Assembly (NCBI GenBank): GCA_039588915.1
Contig: JBDGYV010000001.1
Span: forward strand, 26,365-90,364
Direction of reading: 5' to 3'
DNA: 64,000 nt
Source: Gemmatimonadota bacterium
GTDB lineage: Bacteria; Gemmatimonadota; Gemmatimonadetes; JACCXV01; JAHWKZ01
Shown here in pieces: positions 31,731-42,214 of the stretch. Position numbers and translations under genes: made by a program. The notes beneath the pieces are model-generated. The model was not told where the DNA came from. It ran no database searches and saw only the letters and a list, made by a program, of their open reading frames with translations. Positions within the stretch are counted from its first letter, which is position 1; each line of letters opens with the position of its first letter.

Positions 31731-33920
31731 ATGGCAACAACCAAGAAGACGCTCGATATCGGCGGCGTGCCGATGACGATCGAGACCGGCAAGGTCGCTC
31801 GGCTAGCAGGTGGAGCGGTCATGGTCGGCTATGGCGAGACGATGGTGCTGTGCACGGCCACGGCCAGCCCCAAGGCCGACTTCGGTCGGGGTTGGTTCCC
31901 GCTGTTTGTGGAGTATCGAGAGAAGATGTACGCCGCGGGGAAGATCCCTGGTGGTTTTTTCAAGCGCGAGGGTCGCCCAGGCGAGAAGGAAACACTATCT
32001 GCCAGGCAGATCGATCGACCCTGCCGACCGTTGTTCCCGAAGGGTTACATGCACGAAACGCAGTTGGTGTGCCAGGTGCTCTCGTACGACAGCGAGAACG
32101 ACCCTGACGTCTTGGGGATCGTGGGCGCCGGAGCGGCGCTATCGATCAGCGGTATTCCGTTCGAGGGACCCGTGGCCGGCGTCCGAGTCGGGTTGGTCGA
32201 TGGGGAGTACGTAATCAACCCCACCTTTGAACAACTGGAAGACAGCACTATCGACGTTGTGGTGGCTGGCACTGCCGATTCGGTATCGATGGTCGAGGGA
32301 TCGGCGCTAGAGGCATCCGAAGCCGATCTGCTGGGCGCGGTTCGTTCCGGGCACGAGGCGATCATCAAGATCTGCGAGACGATCGAAGAGCTAAAGCGTG
32401 AGGTCGGCCGGCCGGAGATGTCGTGGTCGCCCCCTGACACGGATACCGAACTCGCAAGCAAGGTCAGCCAGCAGGCGCGTCCGGGTGTCGAAAACGCGAT
32501 GAAGATCGCGGACAAGGAGGAGCGAAACGAGGCCCTCGAAGCGGTCCGCGATTCGATCGCCGCGACGATGGCCGACGAGCTCGGCGACGATTACGCGGCC
32601 GTCGAGAGTCAAATCCGGCGTGCGGTTGACGAGGTCGAGTCGAACGCCATGCGCGGGGAGATCCTGAAGGCGGGTCAACGCTCAGATGGTCGCGGCCCGA
32701 CCGACATTCGCCCGATTGAAATCGAAGTGGGGGTGTTGCCTCGAACCCACGGCTCAGCCCTCTTCACTCGCGGGAATACGCAGTCGATGGGCGTGGTCAC
32801 GCTGGGAACGCGGCAGGATCAACAGATGATCGACGATCTCGATCCGAAGTGGGACAAGACGTTCCTGTTGCACTACAACTTCCCACCGTTCTCGGTCGGT
32901 GAAGTGGGACGTTTCGGCGGCACTGGCCGGCGCGAAATCGGCCATGGAGCGCTGGCCGAGCGATCGTTGCGCACTCTGCTTCCGGACCACGAGAAGTTCC
33001 CCTACACGATTCGAATTGTGTCTGACATCCTCGAGTCCAACGGCTCGTCATCGATGGCGTCGGTGTGCTCGGGTTCGCTGTCTCTCATGGACGCCGGCGT
33101 ACCAATCAGCAAGGCGTGCGCTGGCATCGCCATGGGGCTGATCAAGGAAGACGCTGAAGTGGTTGTCTTGTCGGACATCCTCGGGATTGAGGACCACCTG
33201 GGCGACATGGATTTCAAGGTCGCCGGAACTCGCGACGGGATCACCGGCTTCCAGATGGACATCAAGATCAAGGGTGTCTCATTCGAAGTCCTCGAGCGCG
33301 CCTTGGCGCAAGCCCGCGACGGGAGATTGCACATTCTTGAACTGATGGAACAGGCGATTGCTGGGCCCAGGGAGTCGATCAGCAAACACGCCCCACGGAT
33401 TATTACGATCGTGGTGCCGAAGAAGAAGATCCGGGATATCATCGGCAGCGGCGGCAAGGTGATCCGTGGACTTCAGGAGGAAACGGGTGCCAAGATCGAC
33501 ATCGACGACGACGGCGTCGTCACGATCGCTTCGATCGACGGGGCGGGGGGAGAAGAGGCCCTCAGCCGAATTGAGCAGATCATCGAGGAACCCGAGATTG
33601 GGAGGATCTACGAAGGACCGGTTAAGAGCATCACGACGTTTGGCGCGTTTGTCGAGATTCTACCGGGTCGTGACGGACTGGTTCACATCTCGGAGCTGGA
33701 GCATCGTCGCGTAGAGCGCGTGGAGGACGTTACGTCGGAGGGCGACATGATGCGCGTCAAGTTGATCGGGATCGACAATCAGGGTCGGGTGAAGCTCTCC
33801 CGCAAGGCGCTGCTCGAAAAGCCAGAGGGAGGCGATGGCGGTCAGCAGAACGGAGGCCAGCGAGAGGACGATCAGGAGCGGTCTGGACGCGGAAGCCGCG
33901 GCGGGCGCCGTCGGGCCTGA
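31731..33920 (+). CDS. pnp: Polyribonucleotide nucleotidyltransferase (PNPase)
   Basis: 729 aa. Two RNase PH domains, a KH domain and an S1 domain are present, with a C-terminal basic tail. Confidence 0.95.
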   Translation: MATTKKTLDIGGVPMTIETGKVARLAGGAVMVGYGETMVLCTATASPKADFGRGWFPLFVEYREKMYAAGKIPGGFFKREGRPGEKETLSARQIDRPCRPLFPKGYMHETQLVCQVLSYDSENDPDVLGIVGAGAALSISGIPFEGPVAGVRVGLVDGEYVINPTFEQLEDSTIDVVVAGTADSVSMVEGSALEASEADLLGAVRSGHEAIIKICETIEELKREVGRPEMSWSPPDTDTELASKVSQQARPGVENAMKIADKEERNEALEAVRDSIAATMADELGDDYAAVESQIRRAVDEVESNAMRGEILKAGQRSDGRGPTDIRPIEIEVGVLPRTHGSALFTRGNTQSMGVVTLGTRQDQQMIDDLDPKWDKTFLLHYNFPPFSVGEVGRFGGTGRREIGHGALAERSLRTLLPDHEKFPYTIRIVSDILESNGSSSMASVCSGSLSLMDAGVPISKACAGIAMGLIKEDAEVVVLSDILGIEDHLGDMDFKVAGTRDGITGFQMDIKIKGVSFEVLERALAQARDGRLHILELMEQAIAGPRESISKHAPRIITIVVPKKKIRDIIGSGGKVIRGLQEETGAKIDIDDDGVVTIASIDGAGGEEALSRIEQIIEEPEIGRIYEGPVKSITTFGAFVEILPGRDGLVHISELEHRRVERVEDVTSEGDMMRVKLIGIDNQGRVKLSRKALLEKPEGGDGGQQNGGQREDDQERSGRGSRGGRRRA

Positions 33921-33930
33921 GAAGCGACGC

Positions 33931-35046
33931 ATGCGGATCGGCGTGCCGCGAGAGATCAAGGCTAACGAGAACCGAATCGCGCTGCGTCCGGTGGGCGCCG
34001 AAGTGCTCAGTCGAGACGGTCACGAAGTGTGGCTCGAGCGCGGCGCGGGAGAGGGCTCGGGCTTCGACGATGAAGCCTACGAGGTGGCCGGTGCGCGGTT
34101 GGTGGATGGGCCGCAGGAGCTGTTCGCCGAGTGCGAGATGATCCTCAAGGTCAAGGAACCGTTGGCAGCCGAGATCGACTTGATTAGGGAAGGTCAAGTC
34201 GTGTTTACCTTTTTCCATTTCGCTGCCTCGCGGGAACTCACCGAGGGGTTGATCGAGACCGGTTCGGTAGCGCTGGCGTACGAGACCGTAGAGGAAGCCG
34301 ACGGCTCGCTCCCACTGCTGGTTCCGATGAGCGAGGTCGCGGGGCGGATGGCGATCCAGGAAGGTGCCAAGTACCTGGAGAAGCTGATGGGGGGACGTGG
34401 GATTCTGTTGGGTGGCGTTCCGGGTACTCCACCAGCCGAAGTCGTCATCTTTGGCGGAGGGGTGGTCGGCACCAACGCCGCCAAGATGGCGGCCGGGCTC
34501 GGCGCGCGGGTGACGATCCTCGATATTTCTCTCGATCGGCTGCGGTACCTCGAGGATGTGATGCCGGCCAACGTTGACTGCCTTTTTTCAGACGTGCACA
34601 CTATTCGCGAGATGCTTTGCCGCGCCGATCTGTTGGTCGGTGCCGTCTTGCTGCCGGGTGCCAAGGCTCCCAACTTGGTGATGCGTGAGGACCTGCGTCA
34701 TATGAAGCCAGGTGCGGTGATTGTGGACGTCGCGGTGGACCAGGGTGGTTGCATCGAGACCTGCCGGCCGACAACACACGAGGACCCGGTCTTTGTTGTC
34801 GACGGTGTAGTTCATTACTGTGTAGCGAACATGCCGGGAGCGGTACCGAGGACATCGACGATCGCCCTGACGAATGCCACCCTTCCTTATGCGCGGCGAT
34901 TGGCTCATCAAGGCTGGCAGGCGGCGTGTCGTGACAGCGATCCTCTTCGCCTGGGGCTCAACGTAGTTGCGGGTGAGGTCACATATCCGGGCGTCGCGGA
35001 AGCGTTTGACCTCCCGTACCGGGAACCCGAAGAGGTGCTTCAGTGA
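33931..35046 (+). CDS. ald: Alanine dehydrogenase
   Basis: ATG at 33931 gives [18 protein letters not shown]. The Rossmann motif [24 protein letters not shown] places it in the AlaDH/PNT family, and it is about 371 aa. Confidence 0.85.
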   Translation: MRIGVPREIKANENRIALRPVGAEVLSRDGHEVWLERGAGEGSGFDDEAYEVAGARLVDGPQELFAECEMILKVKEPLAAEIDLIREGQVVFTFFHFAASRELTEGLIETGSVALAYETVEEADGSLPLLVPMSEVAGRMAIQEGAKYLEKLMGGRGILLGGVPGTPPAEVVIFGGGVVGTNAAKMAAGLGARVTILDISLDRLRYLEDVMPANVDCLFSDVHTIREMLCRADLLVGAVLLPGAKAPNLVMREDLRHMKPGAVIVDVAVDQGGCIETCRPTTHEDPVFVVDGVVHYCVANMPGAVPRTSTIALTNATLPYARRLAHQGWQAACRDSDPLRLGLNVVAGEVTYPGVAEAFDLPYREPEEVLQ

Positions 35047-35510
35047 GCTCCAGCCCAAGTGTAATCTTGGACGCCTCGAAGCAGCTACCCGTTCGCCGGC
35101 TGGGTGATCATGGTCTGCCGCTACCGGAGTACGCAACCAAAGCCGCGGCGGGGCTCGATCTGTGCGCGGCCGAGGCGCATCGGATCGCTCCCGGAGAGCG
35201 TCGGCTGATCGGCACCGGTTTCGCGATCGCTTTGCCGTCCAATTGCGAGGGCCAGATTCGACCGCGATCCGGGATGGCAGCTGAGCATGGCGTCACCGTT
35301 CTGAATGCTCCCGGAACCGTCGATGCAGACTACCGGGGCGAAGTGAAGGTCTTGCTCGTGAACTTGGGTCAAGAAGTCGTCGAGATCGATCGGGGTGACC
35401 GCATCGCACAGCTGGTCGTCGGACCCGTTTCGCGCCTCGACCTGGTTGAGGTCGATGCACTTCCCGAGACAACTCGGGGAGTCGGTGGCTTCGGGTCGAC
35501 CGGTCAGTGA
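35043..35510 (+). CDS. dut: dUTP diphosphatase
   Basis: The GTG overlaps the ald stop (GTGA). dUTPase motifs 1-5 are present, including the C-terminal [10 protein letters not shown]. Confidence 0.9.
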   Translation: MSSSPSVILDASKQLPVRRLGDHGLPLPEYATKAAAGLDLCAAEAHRIAPGERRLIGTGFAIALPSNCEGQIRPRSGMAAEHGVTVLNAPGTVDADYRGEVKVLLVNLGQEVVEIDRGDRIAQLVVGPVSRLDLVEVDALPETTRGVGGFGSTGQ

Positions 35511-35517
35511 GCGCGCC

Positions 35518-36570
35518 GTGCTGAGTTTCCTCAGATCGAACGTCGGGCCGTTTCTGGCTAGCGAGGTGTCAGTTGATCTCGGCACCGCCAACACGCTCAT
35601 TTACGTAAAGGGGCGAGGCATCGTCCTCAACGAGCCGTCGGTCGTCGCCTTGGATACGGACACGCGCGAGATTCTGGCGGTCGGACTCGAAGCGAAGAAA
35701 ATGCTGGGCCGAACACCGGCTGGAATCAACGCCGTACGACCCCTCAAAGACGGCGTAATCGCTGATTTTGAAGTGACTGAGAAGATGCTTCGTGATTTTC
35801 TGAAGCGCGTGTTGCGAAATCGCCTCATGCCGATACGCCCGAAAGTTCTCATCTCAGTTCCCAGCGGTATCACCGAAGTCGAGAAGCGGGCTGTCCGAGA
35901 CAGCGCCGAGTCAGCCGGCGCAAAGGAGGTGTACCTGGTCCCCGAGCCGATGGCGGCCGCCATTGGCGTTGGGCTTCCGGTCGAGACACCAACCGGTAAC
36001 ATGGTGATCGACATCGGCGGTGGGACCACCGAAATCGCCGTTATCGCGCTGTCTGGCATTGTGAGCGATATATCGATCCGGGTTGGCGGCGATGAGATCG
36101 ATGAAGCGATTCAGCACTTCGTAAAGAAGGACTACAACATCGTGATCGGAGAGCCTACGGCGGAGCAGGTGAAGATGACGATCGGCTCGGCGTATCAATC
36201 GGTCAACGGAGACGATGTCATGGACGTCAAGGGGCGCGACGTCGTGACCGGGATCCCGAAGACAGTTCGAGTGAGCTCGGCCGAGATACGTGACGCGATC
36301 CAAGAGCCGATCATGGCGGTCGTTGATGCCGTCCGGCAGGCGCTTGAGCGAACCCCGGCTGAGCTGGCGAGCGATATCGTCGATCGCGGTATCGTGATGA
36401 CCGGCGGTGGCGCGCTCCTCCGAGGACTCGACTCGCTACTGCGCGAGAACACCAACCTTCCCATCAACGTCGATGAGGAACCGCTGACCTGCGTGGTCCG
36501 TGGTACCGGTCGGATATTAGACGACCCGGACAAGTATCGCGGCGTGCTCGTCCTGAGCGGCCGCAACTGA
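35518..36570 (+). CDS. mreB: Rod-shape determining actin homolog MreB
   Basis: GTG at 35518 gives VLSFLRSN...SVDLGTANTLIYVKG, the canonical MreB start motif. Confidence 0.9.
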   Translation: MLSFLRSNVGPFLASEVSVDLGTANTLIYVKGRGIVLNEPSVVALDTDTREILAVGLEAKKMLGRTPAGINAVRPLKDGVIADFEVTEKMLRDFLKRVLRNRLMPIRPKVLISVPSGITEVEKRAVRDSAESAGAKEVYLVPEPMAAAIGVGLPVETPTGNMVIDIGGGTTEIAVIALSGIVSDISIRVGGDEIDEAIQHFVKKDYNIVIGEPTAEQVKMTIGSAYQSVNGDDVMDVKGRDVVTGIPKTVRVSSAEIRDAIQEPIMAVVDAVRQALERTPAELASDIVDRGIVMTGGGALLRGLDSLLRENTNLPINVDEEPLTCVVRGTGRILDDPDKYRGVLVLSGRN

Positions 36571-36592
36571 ATCCACGGCTCGGCGTTGGCTG

Positions 36593-37525
36593 ATGCCGTT
36601 ACTACCCCCTGCTCGCCAGGCTGAAGCCATCGTCGTCACTTGTGTGGCGGCGTCACTAGTCCTATTGGCACTCCCCGATTCGCGCCAAGCCGCGCTCGCC
36701 CGTTCGGTCAATCACGTCGTAATGCTGCCCGTGTCTCGGGTTCGTGAGGTGTTTGGCGGATACCTGCGACTGAGAACCGAGAACACGCAACTCAGGCGTC
36801 AGCTTCAAGGAGCACGAGTCGAGCTCTCTGACACCGATGCGGTTCGGTTGCAGAACCGAGAGTTAAGGAGCTTGCTCGGCTTCGCAGACCACTTGCCGGT
36901 AAACCTCACTGCCGCCAGGGTGATCAATCGTGATTTCGTGGCGACACCAAGCGTGATGATCGTTGACGCCGGTCGTGCCGATAATGTCACGGAGAACCTG
37001 CCTGTGGTAACCGATCGTGGCCTGGTGGGTAAAGTTGTTTCAGTTGGGCAAGGTACAAGCGAAGTCATGTTGTACACACACCCGGATTTTAGCGCTAGCG
37101 CCCTGTTGCTCGGTGGTGATCATCTCGAGTACGGGATCGTGCGCCCGAACGCGGCGGGTCGATTGCAGTTGTTGTTGCCGTTGAGAGCGCGCTCCGAACC
37201 GGGTGATCGGATCGTAACATCGGGCTACGGAGGTGCCTTTCCGCGCGGGATCCCGATCGGACAAGTCACCGCGAGCCAGGAGGACCAGCGACTGGGGTTG
37301 CAGCAGATCGATCTGGTTGAACCCGGGGTTGATCTGGGTTCGTTGACGGCGGTGTTTGTGCTCATGCGGGGTTCCTCACGAGACGCCTCGGCGGGTGATA
37401 GTCTGCGACTGTTCTGGCCGGGTTACGCTCACCCGCCGATGGTGGGCGATCGGTTGGGTGGCAGAGCATCGACTGTCGGGAGTGACCCGATCGCGCCGGC
37501 TGAGGCCAACAGCGACTCGTTGTGA
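36593..37525 (+). CDS. mreC: Rod shape-determining protein MreC
   Basis: An N-terminal TM helix and coiled coil are followed by beta domains. It follows mreB. Confidence 0.85.
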   Translation: MPLLPPARQAEAIVVTCVAASLVLLALPDSRQAALARSVNHVVMLPVSRVREVFGGYLRLRTENTQLRRQLQGARVELSDTDAVRLQNRELRSLLGFADHLPVNLTAARVINRDFVATPSVMIVDAGRADNVTENLPVVTDRGLVGKVVSVGQGTSEVMLYTHPDFSASALLLGGDHLEYGIVRPNAAGRLQLLLPLRARSEPGDRIVTSGYGGAFPRGIPIGQVTASQEDQRLGLQQIDLVEPGVDLGSLTAVFVLMRGSSRDASAGDSLRLFWPGYAHPPMVGDRLGGRASTVGSDPIAPAEANSDSL

Positions 37526-38022
37526 TCGATTCGATCGGGCCCGCAGGTGCTCAACCGCTTTCGCGCCAACGATATGCAACGTTTCTCGCTTTTTGCCTGT
37601 TGGCGGCGATCGTGCTCGAGGACCCCTTGTCGATCGGCGGTGCGCGGCCAGATTTTGTGCTCATCGCGCTCACCTATGGCGCTCTGGCGTGGCACGCCCA
37701 AGCCGGGGCACTACTGGGCTTCGGGCTGGGCCTCTTCCGCGACGCGCTCGTGTTGTCGCACTTCGGGTTACACGCGCTGGGGATGACCGTCCTCGGGTAC
37801 GGCCTCGGCAAGTCGCGTGAGACCCTCTACCTCACGACCCGCGGAGTTGATCTTGCCCTGATAGCGGGGGCCAAGCTCGTGCTCGACGTGCTCATCCTCG
37901 GGGCAGCTGCTTCGGGCACATGGGAGGCGTTTGAGACGCGGTTCTTCTGGGAGAGCCCGCTCAGCGCCGTCTATACTGCCCTCGTAGGAGTGCTCTGCAG
38001 GCGCCTCCTCCTGGGCCGCTAG
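37522..38022 (+). CDS. mreD: Rod shape-determining protein MreD
   Basis: The GTG overlaps the mreC stop. It is a 166-aa polytopic membrane protein in the mreBCD position. Confidence 0.7.
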   Translation: MIDSIGPAGAQPLSRQRYATFLAFCLLAAIVLEDPLSIGGARPDFVLIALTYGALAWHAQAGALLGFGLGLFRDALVLSHFGLHALGMTVLGYGLGKSRETLYLTTRGVDLALIAGAKLVLDVLILGAAASGTWEAFETRFFWESPLSAVYTALVGVLCRRLLLGR

Positions 38023-38117
38023 ACGCCCAAGCGTCAACCGGCGGCGCGAAGTTTGCTTCCCGTTTAATGTAGGCCTAAGTTCAGACGGTTAAAGCTTTTC
38101 CAGATGTTCGGGGGGTA

Positions 38118-39971
38118 TTGAAAACCAGTCTCACTCCGCAGTCGGGCGCTCCGTTCGATCCGGAGAACCGTAACCAGCGCGGCCTCCTGGCACGGGTTGG
38201 TCTGCTTGCGGTTTTCGGGATCCTCCTAGCGACTTTCTTCCGGTTGCAGGTCGTAGAGCACGCCTCGCATGTTGAGCGCGCGACCAGCAATCAAGTGCGG
38301 ACGGTCCCACTACCGGCGCCTCGCGGTTTTATCTACGATCGCGACGGCGAGGTTATCGCCGAAAACGTGCCGGCATATTCCGTTTCGCTCCTTCCGGCGT
38401 CGATCGAAGAGTTGACAACATCAATAGATAAGATCGGACCGATTCTCGAGCTCGACGAGCGCGAGATCGAAGCCGTGACACGTCAGTACCAACTCGCACC
38501 TGGCCAACCGATTCTGCTTGATGACGATCTCGACTATCGCACACTTTCGAAACTTGAAGAGAAGCGCAGTCAAGTCCGCGGGTTGTTGCTTCAACCGAAG
38601 CCACGGCGCGTCTATCCGTACGGTCGTGCGACAGCTCACCTCACCGGCTATGTCGCGCAAATCGCCGAAGCCGAGTTATCCGAGCTCAAAGAGCAGGGAT
38701 ACGCGCCCGGTGACATCGTAGGAAAAGCCGGCATCGAGCAGATGTATGAGACCGAGCTCCAAGGCCGGAAGGGCGCGGAGTACCGCGAGGTGGATGTTCG
38801 TGGTCGCTGGATAGGGCCATGGGTAGAAAAGCCATTCGACCCTCCCCAACGTGGCCAGGACCTGACGCTTACGGTCGACCTCGATCTCCAACGCCGAGCC
38901 GCGGAGCTGTTCCCGAAGGACAAACGGGGCTCGGTGGTGGCGCTAGATCCCAACACTGGCGATGTGCTGCTGCTGTACTCGCACCCAACGTTTGAACCCA
39001 ATGTTTTTAGTGGCCGGTTGACCTCCGAGGCTTGGAATCAACTCGCGAACGACGCGTCGAAACCGCTTCTCAATCGGGCGATTCAGGCACGTTACGCCCC
39101 TGGATCGGTCTTCAAGTTGGCGACAGCGGCGATGGCGATGTCGCTCGGTGTCGTGAAGGTGGACGAATACGAGGATGTTCCGTGTCGAGGTGGTTATCAG
39201 TTCGGCCGCCGCTGGTTCGGTTGTCATGCCGTTCACGGTTGGGCCACGCTACAGGACGCAATTATCACCTCGTGTGACACGTACTTCTATCAGTTAGGCC
39301 TGGCTCTTGGTCTGGAAGAGATCACGCGGATCGGGTCGGGGTGGGGCTTTTCCGGGCTGACCGGCGTCGATCTCCCGAGCGAGGCGGAGAACCTGTATCC
39401 AACCTCCGCGGATTGGTATGACGAGCGCTACGGTCCTGGAGGGTGGGGTTCCGGCGTGATCCTGAACCTCGCGATTGGTCAGGGTGAGATCGCCTGGACG
39501 CCACTCAAACAGGCGCAGGTCGTTTCCGCACTGGTCAACGGGGGTAAGCTCTGGACGCCTCGGATCCGCGCCACGAACCGGCCGCCGTGGTTGGTCGGGA
39601 CACTGCCGCTGTCTAGCGATCAGTTCGAGATCCTACGAGCGTCGCTGACCGGGGTGGTGAACGACTGGCGAGGGACAGCTTTCCATCGCGCACATACGGT
39701 TCCGCTCCGATACACGATCGGTGGCAAGTCGGGCACCGTTGAACACAACGGTGGTACCGCTCACGGTTGGTTCGTGGCTGCTGCTCCGATGGACCGACCT
39801 CAGATCGTGGTCGCGGTGATTGTCGAAGAGGGGCGCAGCGGTTCGGCCCAGAGCCCGATCGCGATCGACCTCGTGCAAACTTATCTCGACGGTCGCAATG
39901 GCTTGGTTCCGGACGAAGCCGGCCCGCCCCCGCCGATCGCGCTCAGCGAATCGGTCTTGAGCGGCGAGTAA
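38118..39971 (+). CDS. mrdA: Penicillin-binding protein 2 (elongasome transpeptidase)
   Basis: TTG start. An N-terminal TM helix, a dimerisation domain and a transpeptidase domain are present, and it is followed by rodA. Confidence 0.9.
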   Translation: MKTSLTPQSGAPFDPENRNQRGLLARVGLLAVFGILLATFFRLQVVEHASHVERATSNQVRTVPLPAPRGFIYDRDGEVIAENVPAYSVSLLPASIEELTTSIDKIGPILELDEREIEAVTRQYQLAPGQPILLDDDLDYRTLSKLEEKRSQVRGLLLQPKPRRVYPYGRATAHLTGYVAQIAEAELSELKEQGYAPGDIVGKAGIEQMYETELQGRKGAEYREVDVRGRWIGPWVEKPFDPPQRGQDLTLTVDLDLQRRAAELFPKDKRGSVVALDPNTGDVLLLYSHPTFEPNVFSGRLTSEAWNQLANDASKPLLNRAIQARYAPGSVFKLATAAMAMSLGVVKVDEYEDVPCRGGYQFGRRWFGCHAVHGWATLQDAIITSCDTYFYQLGLALGLEEITRIGSGWGFSGLTGVDLPSEAENLYPTSADWYDERYGPGGWGSGVILNLAIGQGEIAWTPLKQAQVVSALVNGGKLWTPRIRATNRPPWLVGTLPLSSDQFEILRASLTGVVNDWRGTAFHRAHTVPLRYTIGGKSGTVEHNGGTAHGWFVAAAPMDRPQIVVAVIVEEGRSGSAQSPIAIDLVQTYLDGRNGLVPDEAGPPPPIALSESVLSGE

Positions 39972-39976
39972 CGGCG

Positions 39977-41215
39977 GTGGCTCAGCTCGCCAGCATTCGA
40001 CTCACGAGCCCCCACAACTGGTACCTGCTCGGCCTGGCCATCGCGTTGTCGGTCAGTGGCTTGGCGATGCTTTACTCGGCCGGCCAGACTGCGTCGACGG
40101 CGAACTCAGAGTTCTGGCAGTACCAGGTCATATGGCTATTCGTCGCGCTGATCGCATACGCGGCAGTCGGTGTGCTTCCGTTGCGGTTTGTGGAAGAATC
40201 CAGCTGGCTCATCTACGGGGTGGGCGTGCTCGCGTTGATCGTCGTGCTGGCGTTCCCGGCGGTCGGTGGAGCTCGGTCTTGGATTCGGTTCGGTGGCATC
40301 GGTTTCCAACCCTCGGAGTTCGCCAAGTTGGGCGCGATTCTCGTGGTCGCGCGATGGGTCGCGTCTCTCGAACACCCGCCGCGTAAGCTGTCGGAACTGG
40401 CGATACCGGCGTCTCTGATGGCGATCCCTGGGATACTGACGTTGCTCCAGCCCGATATTGGCACTGCGACTGTATTCGTATTGCTGTTGGCGGGGCTTTG
40501 TTTTTGGGCTGGAGCGTCGCCGGTGCTGATTTTTCTGCTGCTGTCTCCAATCGTCAGCATCCTACTCACGTTCTCACTTCCTCTCTGGTCGTTCTATATC
40601 GTCGGTGTCGGTCTGACACTGTTCTTGCTCAATCCTGGTCGGGGCGCATGGCTCTACGTCGGTGGCACCAACCTCCTGATGGGGATCGTCGCGCTGCCGT
40701 TGTGGAACTCGCTTGCTGGGTATCAACAGCAGCGACTATTGGTCTTCCTGGAGCCGGAGATCGATCCCCGGGGCGCCGGATGGAATGTGATCCAGTCCAA
40801 GGTCGCGATCGGTTCCGGCGGCTGGTTCGGAAAGGGGTTCATGGAGGGAACCCAAAAGCGTTTGGCATTTCTCCCCGAGCGTCAGACCGACTTTATCTTC
40901 TCGGTTCTAGGAGAGGAGCTGGGTTTCATCGGCGTGCTGGTAGCGTTCACGCTATTCGCCCTACTGCTCATCGAAGGGGTTCGAATCGCGGAACGGCACC
41001 CAGAGGCGTTTGGTAGTACTGTAGCCTTTGGCTTGGTCGTGCTGATCGCTAGTCACGTGGCGATCAACACCGCGATGACGGTCGGGTTGTTGCCGATCAC
41101 GGGACTGCCGTTACCCTTCCTGTCGAAGGGTGGATCGTTCCTGGTGGTCTGTTTTGTGGCTGTGGCTCTGTGGCGGCAGATATGGTACGAACGATTCTTA
41201 ACCAAACGTGCATAA
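39977..41215 (+). CDS. rodA: Peptidoglycan glycosyltransferase RodA (SEDS family)
   Basis: GTG at 39977 lies just after the mrdA stop. SEDS motifs FQPSEFAKL are present, with about 10 TM helices. Confidence 0.9.
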   Translation: MAQLASIRLTSPHNWYLLGLAIALSVSGLAMLYSAGQTASTANSEFWQYQVIWLFVALIAYAAVGVLPLRFVEESSWLIYGVGVLALIVVLAFPAVGGARSWIRFGGIGFQPSEFAKLGAILVVARWVASLEHPPRKLSELAIPASLMAIPGILTLLQPDIGTATVFVLLLAGLCFWAGASPVLIFLLLSPIVSILLTFSLPLWSFYIVGVGLTLFLLNPGRGAWLYVGGTNLLMGIVALPLWNSLAGYQQQRLLVFLEPEIDPRGAGWNVIQSKVAIGSGGWFGKGFMEGTQKRLAFLPERQTDFIFSVLGEELGFIGVLVAFTLFALLLIEGVRIAERHPEAFGSTVAFGLVVLIASHVAINTAMTVGLLPITGLPLPFLSKGGSFLVVCFVAVALWRQIWYERFLTKRA

Positions 41216-41227
41216 GAGGAGGCTCGT

Positions 41228-41683
41228 GTGGCGCGTAGCTTGAACAAGGCCATGTTGATCGGGAACCTCGGTGCCGACCCGGAGCTCCGACACACGGCAA
41301 GCGGTGTCGAGGTGGCGACGTTCAGATTGGCCACCAACTGGAGTCGGAAAACTGGCGATGGCCAAACGGAAGAGAACACCGAGTGGCACAACATCGTGGC
41401 GTGGCGGAGGCTTGCCGAGATCTGCCAGCAGTACCTGTCGAAGGGAAGCAAGGTCTACATCGAAGGGCGCATCCAGACGCGATCCTGGGATGACGCGAAA
41501 ACCGGGCAGAAGCGGTACATGACAGAGATTGTTGCGGATCAGATGATCATGCTCGATGCGGCGGGCGCTGGGCGGGGTGATTTTGGCTCGCGCGTCTCAG
41601 CGGCCCCAGGCCCGGGGAGCGGGGATGACCGTAACGTGGACTGGCCCGACACCGACGATCAGGACGACGACCTTCCCTTCTGA
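41228..41683 (+). CDS. ssb: Single-stranded DNA-binding protein
   Basis: The GTG is preceded by AAGAGGAGG. An OB fold ([12 protein letters not shown]...[12 protein letters not shown]) and an acidic C-terminal tail ending DDDLPF are present. Confidence 0.95.
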   Translation: MARSLNKAMLIGNLGADPELRHTASGVEVATFRLATNWSRKTGDGQTEENTEWHNIVAWRRLAEICQQYLSKGSKVYIEGRIQTRSWDDAKTGQKRYMTEIVADQMIMLDAAGAGRGDFGSRVSAAPGPGSGDDRNVDWPDTDDQDDDLPF

Positions 41684-41730
41684 GCCAACGTCGGCACGGA
41701 ACTTGAGAGCGTACAGGGGAGTAGGTTATT

Positions 41731-42210
41731 GTGACTTCCATGTATGCTGCCCGTAACTTCCTCCTGTTCGTGGTCGCCACGCTGATGCTGGCGATCGGAT
41801 CCGAGGCGTCTGCGCAGGAGGCCCAGCCGGGGCTCACTTCGTTGGACTGGCTGGGTCCGACTGTCCACGCGCGTGCAGTCACCGCGCGCGGACTGCTCGT
41901 GGAGCCGACTCCCGAACTCCAGATTCTGGCCCGCCACACCGCATTTGAGCGCGATCTCGCCGTCGCCTTTGGTTTTCCCGTGGCGACGGGGTCGGGCGTC
42001 AGTGGTAGTCTAATGCACGATGTCCGGTTGTGGATGGCGCAACGGTGGAACGACAGCCTCTTCGACAGTTGGGCCCAGAGTGCGCTTCTCACGTACACGC
42101 GGATTCAATCGTCCACGCGGTTTGAGAAGAGTGGTTTCAACATGGGGGTCGATGTCGACGATGTCGCTCAGGGGAAGTTCGGAATCCGTGTAAGCCGACC
42201 GCTGGAGTAA
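41731..42210 (+). CDS. Small secreted hypothetical protein
   Basis: 159 aa. Signal peptide FLLFVVATLMLAIGSEASAQE. The GTG at 41731 has GGGAG 11 nt upstream. An alternative ATG lies at 41740. Confidence 0.5.
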   Translation: MTSMYAARNFLLFVVATLMLAIGSEASAQEAQPGLTSLDWLGPTVHARAVTARGLLVEPTPELQILARHTAFERDLAVAFGFPVATGSGVSGSLMHDVRLWMAQRWNDSLFDSWAQSALLTYTRIQSSTRFEKSGFNMGVDVDDVAQGKFGIRVSRPLE

Positions 42211-42214
42211 CCGA